Below are positions 1 to 15,700 of a stretch of 64,000 nucleotides of DNA, piece after piece. Source of the stretch: Nymphaea colorata (Eukaryota). The translations under genes and the position numbers were made by a program. How positions within the stretch are numbered: position 1 is the first letter of the stretch; the number at the start of each line of letters is the position of its first letter. The notes below the pieces were generated by a model that was not told the DNA's origin, did not search any database, and was given only the letters and a program-made list of their open reading frames with translations. The stretch covers positions 21,514,001-21,578,000 of the forward strand of contig NC_045138.2 in assembly GCF_008831285.2 (NCBI RefSeq), in the 5' to 3' direction.

Positions 1-3000
1 TCCCTCTTAGCGTTCAATGCATAGTCCTGTGAGTGGACAACATCAGCACGTGTCCTTGAGCTAGAAACAGGAACTACTTCATCCATCTCAGGCTTTTCGG
101 GGGTTGTACCAAAGGTCCCCCTGGTCTCTTTCCCATCCTTAGTACCACGTTCAGCAATCTTCAAAGTGATATTTGCATTCACACTCTCACCACATTCTTT
201 TTTATTCAATTTACTCTCATGGTTGTTTGAGGAAATTGGCACCAGTTCTTCTAGATGATCATCCTTGGTAACGTTTAAAACTGGTACTTCCTTTGACACA
301 AGTTCTACTTTGTCTTCTGAGCTTCCCTTCATTCTCTCTGAAGCAGGAGAAAAACTTGCAGGTTGGATTATATTAACCACACCATCATGAGTTCCAACCT
401 CCTCCAAGTTTAGAGGAGATGTGGGAAGTTGACTGCTGAAGCCATGCTGCTCATCTTGTTCATAATCATCACTCTTTCTGCAAGCAAAAGGTGAGGATGA
501 TAACCGTGAATCAGGGCCCTGAAATCTGTGCAGACCTTCGTCATTTCCATCATCATCATCATCCATGATGTCGACATGAACATCAGATCCTTCTTGACTG
601 CTAGATGAGCCATCACTCTCACTGTCACTGCTACTTGCACTTACAGGACTTCTGCTTTTGCTCCTGCTAATACTTCCACTGTCACTACTATCACTTTCAC
701 TATCACTTTCACTTCCACTCTCACTAGAACTGCTGCAGACTTTTTCTTCTTCAGTAATAATATTTTGGTTATCATCAAAAACATCAATTAATTCTTGGTG
801 TGCTTCTGTGTCTTTAAAGTCAATTGGTTCTGTTGACTCCGGCTCTAAACGAGGCAGCTGCTGAAATTCTTCAGGTGTGGTCTTCTCTATGAAATTTGAA
901 CCACCAGTGACTGCAGTCACTGCACCACTTGGACAAATGGGAGACCTGAAAGGGGATGACAGATTAGGCAACTATTTCATATTGTAGGACATGTTCACTA
1001 TAAATCTGCAAGTGTGACAAGTTCTTAAAATTTATAAATGCTCAGACAAGCTTCAGAAATACAGGGAAAACAAAAAAATAATTAAAACAATCTAGTCATG
1101 TCCACAGACAAGCTTAGATTTCTGACTTTCAGATGGAAAACCTAAAATCCAGTTATTCTAGTACTAATAAAATGGGAGGGAAGAATGTACAGAAGATTAA
1201 CGAAATCCTAAAGAAACATCCTAATACTGTTTCTAAAATAAACTGATTAAAAGTTGCACAAGTGTTAACTGGACCAAAGAATAAGAATCTCTCTCTTAAC
1301 TTCTTAAGATAAAAAAGCCCAGATTGATGTATAACACGTGCGCGCATGCAATATATGAAGCTAATGGATCTACCACAATTACTTAAAGTTGAACCAACTA
1401 ACCAAATCATCCGTAAAACCAACTCCTCGCAGGCTGCATTCCTCTAATTCAGCTCAACCGGATCCATGGCATCAATTTCCAAAGTCAGATGAGAATTTGA
1501 AATTGATCTAACTCCAAAGCAATCCCTGCTGTATCATACCTCACTAAAACCATGGCCTTGTTTTTTCAAACTGAGCTTACAGTTGCATATTGGCAAAGAA
1601 ATTATTAATAGTTATTCTCGCTCTACCTGGATATTTGATGAAGCATAAATCTCAAGTTTTTCCCTTAACTACATCGCTTTTACTCCCTTGTCAAAAGTCA
1701 GTTCTCTGAACCCATCTAAATTTTCCAATATAATAAAGGGCACGGATTTACATGCTGTGATTTTATACACTATCTTCCAAGTAAGGGAATAGGGCCTGCA
1801 CATGCTGCAACAGAACGGGATAACTGAGCAAAATCACAAACATATTGTTGAGGCGGCACTGAGAATGATGCATGATATCAGTCTTCCAATTTTTCTCCAT
1901 GTTGAGGCATTATAGTAGTGCATATGATATGGAAATCCAAGCATATTTAGGGGTTCATTCTTAGTGGAGATTCTTTGGGAAAAATCCGTCGCAAAAAAAT
2001 AGACTACTCTGTTTTCCCGTGGTTAAGTTTACAGCTATTTGTCAGTCCTGATGCAGGATCTTCTTCAGGTTGTTCCCAAGAGCAGGAACAACATGTTCAT
2101 TCTGAAGAGATGATTCCTCAAAAGGACTCATCACTGTTAGGCAGATTCAAGGACATTACTTGTCCACGTCGAAGGAAAGAAAATTTGTAACTCCCACTTA
2201 CTCTTAGTTAGGAGTCATCTACTTTTCCAATCCCCTCTATGTACCTGATGTCAGACGTTCCACCCAATCTTGTCGTCAAATGAAAAGATGGGTAAGTAAT
2301 GACAATTTCTCTATGGATCTTCAAGTGTTTTTATGGCTGTTTTAATCATAGCCAGTTAGCCACAAATATTGCGATATTACCAAAAATATAGCGATAGTTA
2401 TGAAAAAAGAAGAAAAACGACACAAACGGCAAAATATCTCAATGAAAACATGTTTTTTTGTCTCCATTTAATCTTGTGCTCAAACACAGGCAGTCTTGGT
2501 ATTTTTTTCAAGAATTTTAAAAGCTTTAAACTGCACATGCTTAGTCTACATCAAAAGGAGGCTTTAAAAGGGCAGTTTTAGACTTGTTTTTCTCCTTAAT
2601 GGTAAAAAAGGAAAACTCAAACATGATTAGAGTTTTTAAGCCCTCATTGTTTCGGTTGCTGCTCCATTTTCTAATTTTCATTTGTAGTTTTGTTAGTTTG
2701 CCATATTGACATGGAATTGTGATCGTTAAATGTTAGTTTTAGTTTTACATTTATAGTTAACTTTAAGTTTAAATTTGTATTATTACATTATTTATTTGTA
2801 TTTTTACATTTTTTTATTTTTTTCTATTTAAAAAAAATTGATGAGATTTTACACTGAGATTTTTCTAAAAACAATACCCGAGAAAAACCTTGCCGATATT
2901 TTCCCGATAACGGTATTTGTGGCTATGGTTTTAACCAAGGAGGATGAACCCACCGCTTTCCATGAAGCCATAAATTCTAGGAAGTGGATTAAAGCTATGA

Positions 3001-6000
3001 ATGATGAGATAGAAGCTATGCATGAATGTGACACTTGGGAGGTCGTGCCTTGGTCATCCCATACAAATGCTAATGGATCAAAATGGGTGCATACAAGAAA
3101 TACAAACCTGACAGAACGACTGGAAGTTATAAGGCACAGCCCATTACAAGAGGATTCACTTAGCAAGTGACGAAGCATTTAAACCTGTTGTGAGAATGCA
3201 CACCATTTGAGTTATATAACCCTTGCTATTAAGCATAGATGTGACTTAGCCAACTTCACGTCAACAATATATTCTGCGTAGAAAACTAGAGGAGGAAGTC
3301 TACATGGAGCAACCCCATATGATACATGAAATCAGACTCAAGGGGTTATGCATGCAGATTAAAAGAGAGGAATATATGGACTAAAACAAACTTCTTGGTC
3401 ATGGTTTGATAATTACTCCTTTGGTCCAAAAAAACATGATTTTTAGAGATCTCGTCTGGATCACTCCTTGTTCCTCTACAATCAGCTAGTATTACTATTT
3501 TGTTGTTAATATATATCAATGATACTATTATCACAAGCAGTTCAGAACATCACATAAACAAGGTGAAGGTACTACCAGGCAACAGATTTAATATGAAAGA
3601 TCTTGGAAACCTACACTCTTCCTTGGAGTTGCAAGTTGACAGACCATGAGTTCAGAGGACACTCAACAGTCAACACAAATATCCGATTGACGTTTTCAGT
3701 AGAGCAGACATGAAAGATTGCAAACCTTTAGCTATCCCAAGCATCCCAATTCACAAGCTAGCAATCTGTAGTGAGGAACCAAATGATGACCCACTGAGTA
3801 TCGTAGTATCAGTGGTATGCTACAATTCTTGACTTTTAGATGGTCTAAGATTGTGTACTCAGTTTATCAAGTGTCCCAGTTTATGTATGAGTTGCAGATT
3901 GGATATGCGAGCAATTACGTGTATCCTCAGATACTACAAAAAGAATGCTTCGAGATGGCTTGATTTATATCTGAACATTGTGGGAAGGAGGGAAGCATAA
4001 TCTTATTATTTGTATTCATGCAAACTGGATAAGTGATCCTAATGAGAGAAGACATGTTCCAGGATATAGTGTATTCATTGGCACGAACTTGTTGTCATCA
4101 ACTCTAGAAAGATTATGTCGTGTAAGGCTTTTTAGAAATTTAAATTGTTAGTGTGAGGTTTTTATTGTTTTTTATAGTTTTGATGCACTCATATGTAATT
4201 TATTTTGCCACCGTAATTTTTCTTTAAACGGATTAGGGTTAATCAAATGAAGTTGATCCTTTTCATTCTCTCAAGCTGCTCTGTCATGGTATCAGAGCCT
4301 CCCATGTTTGGGAGACTGTGACACCATCTTGAGCTAGCTTTCATCCTCTTCTTCCTTCCCTTCTTCCTCTTCTTCCCCTCTCTCCTCCTCTCTTTCTCCT
4401 CTATCTTCTCCTTTTCTTCCTATTGCTGATTCACGTAAGTTGTGGATGAGTAGAAATCTGATTTATGTGATCAAAGGGTGACACAGCAATCAGATTTTTT
4501 GTGTCACCTTTATCATGGACATTGTGAACGAGGTGAAACTTGAAAGGCATGTGGAGTTCTGCAATGCAGACATGAGGCTGAACTTAAGGATTGTGTGGAT
4601 GTCTGCTGTTCGAAGACTTGCATACAGGCCGGCTGTTGATGAGTAGGGTTGGCCACAGTTTATTCAAGATATGATTTTTTTGATGTGATGAGCAGTCGTA
4701 GATGAGAAGACCTCTGCCCTACTTGTTGTGGAGTTGAGCAGTGTTGAATTTCAGCCCTAGTTATTGTGAAGTGAAATTCTTTTGTAGACTTCTCGCCTCT
4801 ATTGTTGTGGAGTGGAATTGGTGTTTGCTCTGTTTATGTGGTTGTGTGGACAAGGTCCGTTGACCAGCCTTTGGTGCGTGGAGGTGTACAGTCTTAAAAT
4901 TTGAGCTTGTTATCATAGTGTTGGCAACTTGGCACAGATCTAATGCATTTTTAATGAATGCCATCTTGCTGTTTGATGGACATAGAGCCTCTTTTGATTC
5001 AACCAGTTCTGAAGCTGCCTCTTAAAAATTTAACTGTGCTGTGGTATAGAATTTTTTTCTTTTTGCAGAACAGTTGGTGTTTTGGCAACTAGATTATTTT
5101 TTTCTTTCTTTCATTGTTGTCCCATGTTGATTAGACTGGAATATGTTGTTGTCATTCGTATTTAATATATTAGTATGGAGGATACTAAGAACAATCAGCA
5201 CTCTTCTAAATCCGATCAGATGACTCAATATAAGGCTTTTGCAAACCCATTTTACAAGTGTTCTACAATGAAATTGGATGATACCAATTATGGAAGATGG
5301 GCAAGAACTTTTATAATGTCTGCTATAAGGCATCCGAAGACTCATATACTGCTGGAAACTGAGCCAAAGGAGAAGACTGGACAATATGCTACTTGGAATG
5401 GAGCGAAATATGCTACTTGGAATAGAGTCAGTAATATTGTCATGACCTAGATTATGAATAGCATTCAGCTGCACATTGCAGATGCGCTGGTTTAATATAC
5501 AACTGCAAAGGCAATGTGGGGGAATCTCAGGGACTCATATGCCCAAGATAAGAATGTAAGCCTCCAAATCGAGCAAAAGATATTTAACTTCAGCAAAGAG
5601 ATCAAACCCTAGCTCAACATTTTGCTTTTACTTAAATTAGCATATGAGAGACCAAATTCTATCTCCGTATTATGCCACCCATAAGACCTATCAACAACAA
5701 ACTATGATGGCTACGTTCTTGACAGGCTTGACTGCTAGCTTCTCTATGGCCAAGGTTCAAATGTTAACAGGATCTAACATCTCGACATCAGCAGATGCAT
5801 ACAACCGGCTGAATAGACTTGCATCATCTCTTCCTCAGCTTTCTAATGATCCTCAATCTTCATCCCTTGCAACCTCAGAAGGATGTGGGCATGGATAGGG
5901 GTGGGCATTGGGTTGGCCCGATTTGCAGTCAGGCCTGGGCCCAGGCCTATCCAATCTGAACTGGGCCCAGGCCCCGCCTGGTTTTATTTAATAAAAACAA

Positions 6001-6694
6001 TTTAAAATATATCATATATGTATTATATAAAGAAACAAAAAATTTATAATTAACAATAAATTCTTTATCAGGCCCAGCCCAGCCAGGTTCAAGCCGGGCC
6101 TGAGGCCATTTTCACCGCCCAAAGCCCAGCCTGACCTGGGCCGGGGTACAAAAACCCGACGGGACCCTGGCCTGGTGCCCACTCTTAGGCATGGATCTCC
6201 TATGGGCAATACACACAGCAGAGGTTGGGTCGTGGTGTTGGGGATCGTGGCAGACTCCAATGTACTTATTGCAGAAAACAAGGACATCTGGAGGACCAGT
6301 GTTAAGACAAGCATGGTCATTCATCTTATACTTCATCTAGCTCGTCTAAGACTACTACTCAGGCTGCCTAAGCAACATGTCTTGTCAATGAGCCGAAGTC
6401 TGCCCCTTCTAAAGACATGATTATACTTACCTGAGTATAGTATGATCAGCTTGTGTCCAGCATTCATATTCTGCCTCTGCCTCTGCCTCTAATGTGATGG
6501 CTGAGTTGGCATGTTCTTCAGGTAACACAATAGACAGAGGGCAAAGGTAAATTATGTATTATTGGTTCAAGGGCATCTAGACATTTTTGTGAGGATTCTC
6601 AATCTTTTGCTACCCTTCATCAATCTTGCTCTTCCCAACATGTTTCATTAGTTGATGATCGATTGTTTCCTATCATTAGCAAAGAAGATGTACC

Positions 6695-6741
<47 letters not shown>

Positions 6742-9700
6742 TCCGTCGTACCCCCGTACCATAATTTTCAAAACTGGTGTACCCGTACTTGCACTACTAT
6801 ACACACCTATGTTGTCAAGGGGTCTGGGCACTGCCTGTGGCCCTGTGCACCAAGCAGAGCCTAGTGCCTAGGCAAAAAAGGCGACCAATCTTTTTTTTAT
6901 TTTTTTAGTTATGTTAATATGTCAAGTTATTTTGACTAACTATTACAAATACTTGAAATGTGGAGAGTACTACTATAACAAGCATAAACAACTTAAACAA
7001 TCAAAAATTAATTGTTGACTTAATTGAACATGCAAAATAAAAGAAGTTTAACATTACTCATTAAATGCAACCAAAAAAAAACGAAATCTAATCTCTCGAA
7101 GAAGGAATGTAAATCTGTAGGAAGGCTGTAACCCATTTGTACTTAAAGAAAGACATAATATAATAAAAAAGACTAACAGTACATAATAGTATACATATAA
7201 GTACATAACAGTAACACTACATATAAGTACATAACCATGCTAACGTATACATACAACAGGTATCACAATATTACATATAAAAAACTAACAATATATACAT
7301 ATAATAGGTTGATGCAATACTATATAACAGGTATAACAGACTGCACACAACAATATATACATATAACATGTATTACAATACATATAACAGGCATAACAAA
7401 TTGTATTACAATACAATTTAACATAATAGTGTATACATATAAGTTTATAACAGGTATAACAAAGTAACAATACATAGAACTATATGATATATGTACGTAA
7501 CATAACCATACTAATGTATACATATAACAGGTATGAGGTATCACAATACTATATAACAGACCAAGTGACTAACTGTATATACATATAACAGTATACATAT
7601 AGCAGCATAATCAACATAACAGTACATAAAAATATGTAATCAATACAAAATAAAGTACATAACAATATGTACTCAATTAAGAAATTTTAATTGAAAAGGA
7701 AGGTAATTTTTCACTTTTCCATGGACTAGGCAAGCTAACACATATCCCGTTCCCTAAGTGGTGGACTTAGGCGACGGGTGTGGAGTCAAGCTTAGTCCAC
7801 GCCTAGGCGAGGCCTTAACAACGTAGTACCACACCAGTACCCACACCCACGTCATATAGCTAACAAGGAAGAAGATTAGTGGAGGCCGTGAGGAAGGAAG
7901 TGCCTAGTACCTCACTCAGCGAGTGAGGGTCGCTAATTCTTCCATGGAGTCATCTTTGAGTCCTTTCCAGTTGCATATCAAATTGGTCATCCTTCTTTGT
8001 TAAACTTTACGTAAAGTATTTCCATATATCTCTCCTATTGTGCCATTCTAGCGTGAAACTTGCCAGCCAAGGGAACACCAAAGAAGTTTTTTTTTTTTCC
8101 CTCTAGTCAAAGTTGTTCAAGTCAGAGTCATTTTGATTTGGTTCATGTTGACGGGGATTGAGTCATGTACCAAATAGATCCCAATCTAGGTACTATCTAT
8201 GATGATCGTTCCAGGTTGTCTTGAGTCATTTTAATAAAGGTGAGATCTGAAGTCATCTATATTCTCAAAGCTTTCATTCTTGAAATAAAAACTCAAATTA
8301 GTTCTCTTATCAAATGTGATCGCACTGACAATGCTCTCAAGTTCAAACATGTCCATTTAATGTTATTTTGTCAGGAAAATGAGATTCAACCTCGCTCCAG
8401 TCAAATTCTCCTTCATCCTTTTGAGGAGATATCATCCTTGCTGCATGCTATCATTTAAACTGCATGTCATCCTCGACTATTGATGAACAAACCCCTGTCC
8501 AGATCCTTTATTCTAATCGACCCTTATTTGGATAGCACTTGGAGTATTTGGTTGTATCTGTTTTGTTCATAAACTTAGACCCAATTGGGACAAGCTGATT
8601 ACTCAAGCAATAAAATGTTCATTCATTGGCTACCCTAAGCATATAAAGGGAAATTGTTGTCATGATCCTATCACTTGATTAATGTGAATGCAGATGTTAC
8701 CTTCTTTGGATCAATGCCTTATTTTTTCAGTGTTGGATCTCGCACACAAATTAATGTAGAGGATTCTTTTCCTATGCCTATTCCCCCTATTCCTTCAGAA
8801 TATATTCCCTTGCAAAGTACGAAGTCCCCAAAAGAGTCTATTCCCTTGCAGTCCATAAAGTCTCTAGTTTCCTCTCTCCTCCACGATATCAAGATCCTCC
8901 ACTGGTCCACACCATGCAATCTCCACCTAATCATGGTTCTTCATTGGCTTCTTCTCCTGAGGTTATTACTCCTGAACACATTATTGGTAGATATAGCTTT
9001 CTTCTTGGCCTTAGAGCAGATTTGTCCATGGTAAATGATGATATGCCTATAGCCCTAAGGAAAGGGAAACAACAGGACACACTACATCCCAGCTCTCAAT
9101 TTGTATCTACTAATAGACTGGGAAAGAGTATGCAAACCTTTATCTAAGCATTATTTGCCACATCTATTTCGTTCAAACATCATCAAACATCGTTAGATCC
9201 TCGGTAGAAACAACCAATGCAAGAAGGTGTGGATTCCCTAATTTTCAGAGGTACTTGCCAGCTTGTTACACCTCCAGCAGATGTTGACATTGTTGGATGC
9301 GCATGGGTGTATACAAGTATAATTCAGATGGCATCGTGGAAAGAAATAAGGCGATGCTAGTAGCCAAAGGGTACATGCAAACATATGGTGTAGACTTTTT
9401 CGACATGCCAGAATGAGCACTGTACAGTTGATTATCTCTATGACGGTTCATCGTGGTTGGACTATAACTCAATTGGATGTAAAAAATGTTTTTATTTATG
9501 GAAATTTGACTCTACATGCAGCAACCACTAGAATTTGAAAGTTAAAAGGAGTGTGACAAGGCATTGGAACTACGAAAAGCGATATATGGACTTAAACAAA
9601 GTAAAAAAGCACAATTTCAAAAATTGTTTGAGGTGATGTCAGTGTCTTTGGTTTTTAGATGTCTCCATATGATCACTCCTTGTGTATTAAGCAGTGATAG

Positions 9701-12700
9701 AGGTACGGAAATTATGGACTTATGGTGGTTTATGTCGATGATATTATTTTAACTAATGATAATGAACAGAAAATTTCAAACACTAAGGCATATTTTCAAA
9801 AGCATTTTGTCACTAAAGATCTTAGTCCTCTTAGATACTTTTTGGGCATAAAAGTTGCCAAAAAATAGAGAAGGTGTGGTGTTATCACCATGAAAATATG
9901 TGTTTGATCTCTTGGAAGAGACTGAGATGTTTGGGTCTAAACTTGCATCTATTCCCATGAACCCTAGGGAACACCTCTATGATGAAGAATCAGAGAAGGT
10001 AGATAATAAGTCATATAAACTCGCATTGGAAAACTTCTCCATATTACAGTGACTGGTCCAATCTAACAAGTTTCCTATGTCTATATATCCATGTATCTAT
10101 ATAATGGCAACAGGATTGTTATTTGTACACAGAGCATGTATTTCTTTGTTGTATAAAAAATTATTTGCACTTAATAAAGTTTAGTGCATGCCTAATGTGG
10201 TTGAACCTGCCTTTCGACTGCTAAAGGAAACTCCTCTCATTGTTGCTTTCCTCCCTCATGTGAATCAGTTCTGGACTTTGAAAACTGATTGAGAGAACGA
10301 GAGGCAATTTTCCTTTTCCTCTTTTTCATGACTTTTACCCTTACACCCAAATAAAAAACAATAAAATAAAAAAATGTAAACCCCCATTGTTGGCACCCAG
10401 TTGGCTCAGCCTAGGCACCCCACTAGCAACCCAACCAGGTGGTTACCCAATTGATCAGACTGGCACCTAAAATGGATAGTGTGAGAGACGACCTGGAGGC
10501 CCTTGAAAGTTGAAACAAATAGGACAAGCTTATAACATTACCACCATAAAGAAGTGATCAGAACTTAGAAGTAAGAGGTTGAACATTTTGTCAGGAAGTT
10601 GAGAATGGTCAACCACTTTCATACCAACTTGATTGTATACACCAAATTCTGTGGTGCCCTCATTGTCTTATGTCAAGTACAGCTTCCTGATTTCCTTAAT
10701 GTTTCCCATTTTTCACATCATCTACAATCTCTTGCCAATTAAAAGTGAAATCTTGTACGTATTTCCAGTCCAAGTAGTTTCAGCTAACAAATACATCACT
10801 AACCAACGATGAATAACCATCTAACTCCTAGCCATGTATCCACTGAAGCACTTATTCTTTGAGATACAGCCAGCTCAAATATGCACCAACATTAAGAACA
10901 GAATTCATGAAGGTAAAGACATAACAGTACTAACATGTATCAGCTTGAAATATTAACATGTATCAACTTGAAATATCCAACTACCATGGAGCAGAAAACA
11001 AATACCTTCCACTCTCTAGAGAGGATCTTTTTGTCACTTCTTTTTCAACATCTTCCTTTAGAAAATATCTTCCTGGGGCTACATAATTTGCAATCTGCAA
11101 GGACAAGAAATTAAAACCATAAAGATCACCATTTATTCAAGAAAAAACATAAACTACCAAACATATAGCAAAATAAGCACCCACTGAAAACTTTTCTTAG
11201 TGGGAGATAATGTGATTCTGTATTTAATCATGTCTGGTCCAGGTGCAGGCAAAGGAGGAATTTAGGATTTCTTCACATGCCAAGAGATCATTGGAAATGC
11301 TACCACTAAGAAGCTCTCCTAATGATAGACTAACTATCATTGTATATGCATAAAGAAGCACACATCCAGAAATTGTAAGAACTTTCTTATTACTTACTGT
11401 TCTGATAGTCGTCTCAAGCTTCTTCCCATGGTTGGGAATTGCTTCTGCAACAGCTTTCTCCAAGGCCTATATGGACATCAACAAAATAAGAAAGTCACAA
11501 CAAAAGGTTATAACATAATCTTAATAAATTTTATAAACTAAAGTATGCATCTAGCGACAAAAGGAAACCTGATGATAACTGAACTGAATGATTAAAAAAA
11601 TACTTTTTGCATTAACATCTTTTCTGATAATTCCTATATTAGTCATTGCACAATAGTTTATGTCGGGTACACAACATATGCTTAATGAAGCACTACAACC
11701 ACAATAGCAAGCAGCAACTAAACAGATTACAATCATCCTGCCAAGGTTGTCTGTTCATTTCAAAGGCGGCACTTCACAAGGTAAAATGCCTGTTATTGCA
11801 AAATTCGTGATCCATAATGCTTTTGCTAAGCCACACTGAAGTTGCAAAAATATTCCTCCAATTCATACATTATTGAATTGGATTAGATTCACTCCAAATT
11901 GTCTCTCCTGAGACATCTTTAATGTCGATCGAGTTGCAAGTGATTGAAGCCTTTTAGCAAAGCCAGCATCTGTATATATATTGTGTCCTGGTTAGGAGCT
12001 TGAAAATGATAATTCAGCTTCTGCCTATTAATAAACAGACTTTTTTCTTTCCCACGAAGATGACAAGGACCCCAACATTTTTCTTTACAAGCACAGTAAG
12101 AAATGAAATTCAGACGGACATGATCTCCTATGTAACATATAATCTTCTTTTAATCTTAGTTTCAACCAAAAACAATGTCTTTATCATTGTTAACTTGTAA
12201 AACGCACTATAAGACACCAACAAATGATTTGGATGATTTCCACAAACCGACATTTCAATGTCATACACCATAAAATTTTCTAAGTCAACTTTGTAAAAGT
12301 TCTACTGAATAAAAAAGTTCCCGTTAATCCCAGTCATAGTGTCCACACTTTTTTGAGATAAAGTACTTGATTTTCTCAACCTTCAAAGTTTTGAACAGCT
12401 TGGTTGAAAAGATCCATAACAGTATTGCTTTTGTTCCAATAACAGTTGCTATAATTCATGATACAATAGCACAAAACCATGTAGGTCTATTGCCCCTAGC
12501 AGCACAGACATCAATAATCTAGTCAGCACAAACTCCAACAGCAGATGCATAGCAAATGTTTGTTCTAGATGCATTTTTTTCCAACAGTCTGGAAAAAACT
12601 GCAGTTTTAATCCATTTTCCCTTTATGGGAACAAATAATGGTTCATTTGACTCTCATTGTTAGAATATTAGGTGTAATATTTAAGTATAGGGTCTATATA

Positions 12701-15700
12701 GCAAGTGGACTGTGAATTTTTGGTAGAAGTTGTTTCATCACTTCTTTCGAAGGAGAACCCTTTGCCCAAACATATAAAGCTCTTCAGGATTTTCCCCTAT
12801 TACTAGTTTATAGACCAAACAGTTCTACATGGTTTTTGTGTTATAATCTTGCTTTCTTGCTTAAAGAAGGCATAGAGGTACAGAATATGGATATCAAGTT
12901 TACAAATCCTTCGAAATAAATGGATAAAGGAAAAAGAAACTTCACTGTATCAAAGCCAAGGACATGTTTTACCCCACAATGCATTAGGGAAATCAGTATA
13001 TGATTAATGGCTACCTTCAGGGTCATTCCTTTTGGATTTTCCATAAGCAAGGAAATCAAGAAACTTCGCAGGTCCATTTGTGTAGAACCTATACCACCTT
13101 TAACATTCTCATGCAAGGAAGCTGGACCAAACCTCCCAGACAAATCCTTTTCATTGCTGGCACCATTAGAGGAGCCCGCCATACGGCTACCACTGACATC
13201 ATCTCCAAGTTTACTCCCCCTGACAGTGCTGACATTTCCAGTAGGAGATGTTGGGGTTTGTAATGGAATAGTAGCATTCGTAATGGGAGATGGTACAGGA
13301 GAAACTGATGACCTAGTTTTACCAGCAGAGCCGGCAGAAGTTACTGGCAGTTTCTGAACCGGTTTAGATGGTGTGGTTACTGTGGTTGCAACTGCATTAG
13401 AAAAATAACAAATGATGTTTAGTAAATATAAATTGAAGAAGCTTAGTAAAAGTGAAGATTATGGTGTATCTGCAATGCCATTAAACCAAATAAGGATTCA
13501 AACCAGTCAAAAAAGGTTTGCAAAGAGACAATCAACTTCACCTGCACTTGGTTCAACTTTTTGCTTCTTTTGTAAAGGTCCCTTCTTTTGTTTGAAAGCC
13601 ATCCTTCTCCCATTAACTATAAATCCAAGAGGTTCAAGATAAGTTATACTGGCAGATGGGCAAACAAGACAAGCAAGTCCATTGTCACATATATCGTGTA
13701 CGGGTATTATACGGCGAGGAATTTATCGGGTATAATACGACAAAGTTGTATACCTCGGAAATATCTCGAGAAAATCTCGGCAAATTTTTAAAAAATTTAA
13801 AACATTTAATAAATCCTGAAAATTAAAAAATACAAAAAAATGGGGAAAAATCCACGTATTTTTATTTTCTGGCATTTAAAAAAAAAGCATATAATTGTGG
13901 TTTTATACGGCTGACTTATTTATCAGGTATTATACGCGTTTTTTTCAAATAATACACGTTTTATGTGACAATGCAAGCAACTGCAATGTCACCTCAGTCT
14001 AGGAAAAAAAATGAACCAGAATTTCCAAGCCAAAATTTTGATAATGAATTTTTTTCAGCCAGACTATACTTCCTGTGGCAGTGTTGTAAGAAAACCTATA
14101 AAGTATAAAGTACTCCACTTGTGTCATGGAATAAGCTAGAACTACAATTTTACATGGTAGCAAGCAAACAATCAAGCCACTCAGGCTCAGTCCTTGTATG
14201 TTGTGCAAGGACTTCTCGACTCTATGTGGGGCTAACAATCTCAACTAAAATATGGATGGTATGTTCGATGCAATAGATCCATGCGAGGGACAATACCCCC
14301 ATAAGTTTTCAAAACAAGCGTTTCATGGACTGAGACATGAATAACCTATCCAAACCATTTATGGACAGTACTATGGACCAGTGTTATCCTTATCGCACAA
14401 TACACGGGCTTGTATCGTGCGATACGTATCGTATAGGTTTACACGATAAGCTAGTGTATCGTAAGCGCATCGGCTGTATTGCAATATGGGGGCAGTATCG
14501 TACGACATGCCTGATACAGCCTTGTACCATACGATACAGTGATAAAATGATTTTTTGTAGTTTTTTACAAAAGAACCTCTATCTTCCTCTTTCTACACGT
14601 GTAAAAGTTGTGAGAGGGGAAAGTTTTACTAGTTTTTCTACAAAAAATCGCCCATTTGTGTGATAAATCATCGATTTAGAGGAGAAATCGCTTGTGGATA
14701 AGAAGGTTTACTCATGGCCCATGAGGATGATGGGACCTTGATTGATGATAATCATAATATATTATTTGTTGTAAACTTGTAATGTAATCTAAAACACATT
14801 ATTAAACTTTAAAATTGTGATGGACGTTTATTATGTTATTATGAATTTCTTATGTCATTTCCAAATGTGTTGTTACTATATAATGGCTTATGAATGATGT
14901 GATGAGTTTTTTTTTATATATAACACATTGTTTTCAATTTCTTTTTTGTTTTTCCCGATTTTACCGATTTTTCTTTATTTTTTTCTAATTTTTTAAAATT
15001 TTTATGAATTAATTTACGATATGCTACACTATGTTTACGATATGTTACGAACAATGTATAGGTCAACCCGACCGGTATCCATTACGATACGCCTTTTACA
15101 ACATTGCTATGGAAATTGAGAATGCATTAGTAGGTGAAGCTCTTTGTTACACTTTGTCAGTAGCTAAGCATCAAATTGTGTCCCAACCTTGCCAAAAGAA
15201 AATAGCCAACACAAACCCACCATATTAATATATTATTGGCTGACACTGAAGAGAGGTCAGTAGAATTCCATGGTAGCTATATCATTCCGTTATTTAAAAT
15301 ATTGTATCATATCTTCTTTTAGGTTGTAAAGCAATGACCTAAAAACTGATTCAGATCGATCTAACATGACAAATATAGACTAATTCTCTGTAGGGCTGCA
15401 CACGAGCCGAGTCGAGCTCGAGTTCGGCCAGCTCGAGCACGGCTCGACTCATGTTTAGTCAGCTCGAGCTCGACACGAGCTTGATGACTTTAACTCGAAC
15501 TCGACTCGAGAAACTGTTCCCAAGCTCGAGCTCGACTCGAGAGGCTCGGGTAAACTCATTTATTTCTTTCTCACGCGCGCAGTTCCTTGTGGTGGTGTCC
15601 TCGGTAATAACACCTGCCATAAATGCTCATAGCTCTTTCACAAGGCAAAAAAACTGCCTACGGTGGTGTCATCGATAATGGCATTGGCACCTAAGATGAG

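Larger units (their letters stand above)
4116..10060 (+). mobile_element. Decayed Ty1/copia LTR retrotransposon, element B (5' LTR, PBS, gag, pol; 3'-truncated)
   Basis: Putative short LTR ending in CA at 4286, followed directly by PBS TGGTATCAGAGCC (4287-4299, complementary to the tRNA-iMet 3' end). Gag-like KLDDTNYGRW (~5270), integrase remnants at 8100-8700 (IKCDRTDNALKF), RT VYVDDII at 9728-9748 and KDLSPLRYFLGIKV. No 3' LTR or PPT found; the LTR start is approximate. Confidence 0.85.

Noticed and set aside
7237..7544. Tyr/Ile/Cys-rich ORFs, and the Phe/Leu-rich ORFs at 15669-15974 and 44681-45058
   Set aside because: Translations of low-complexity TE interiors.
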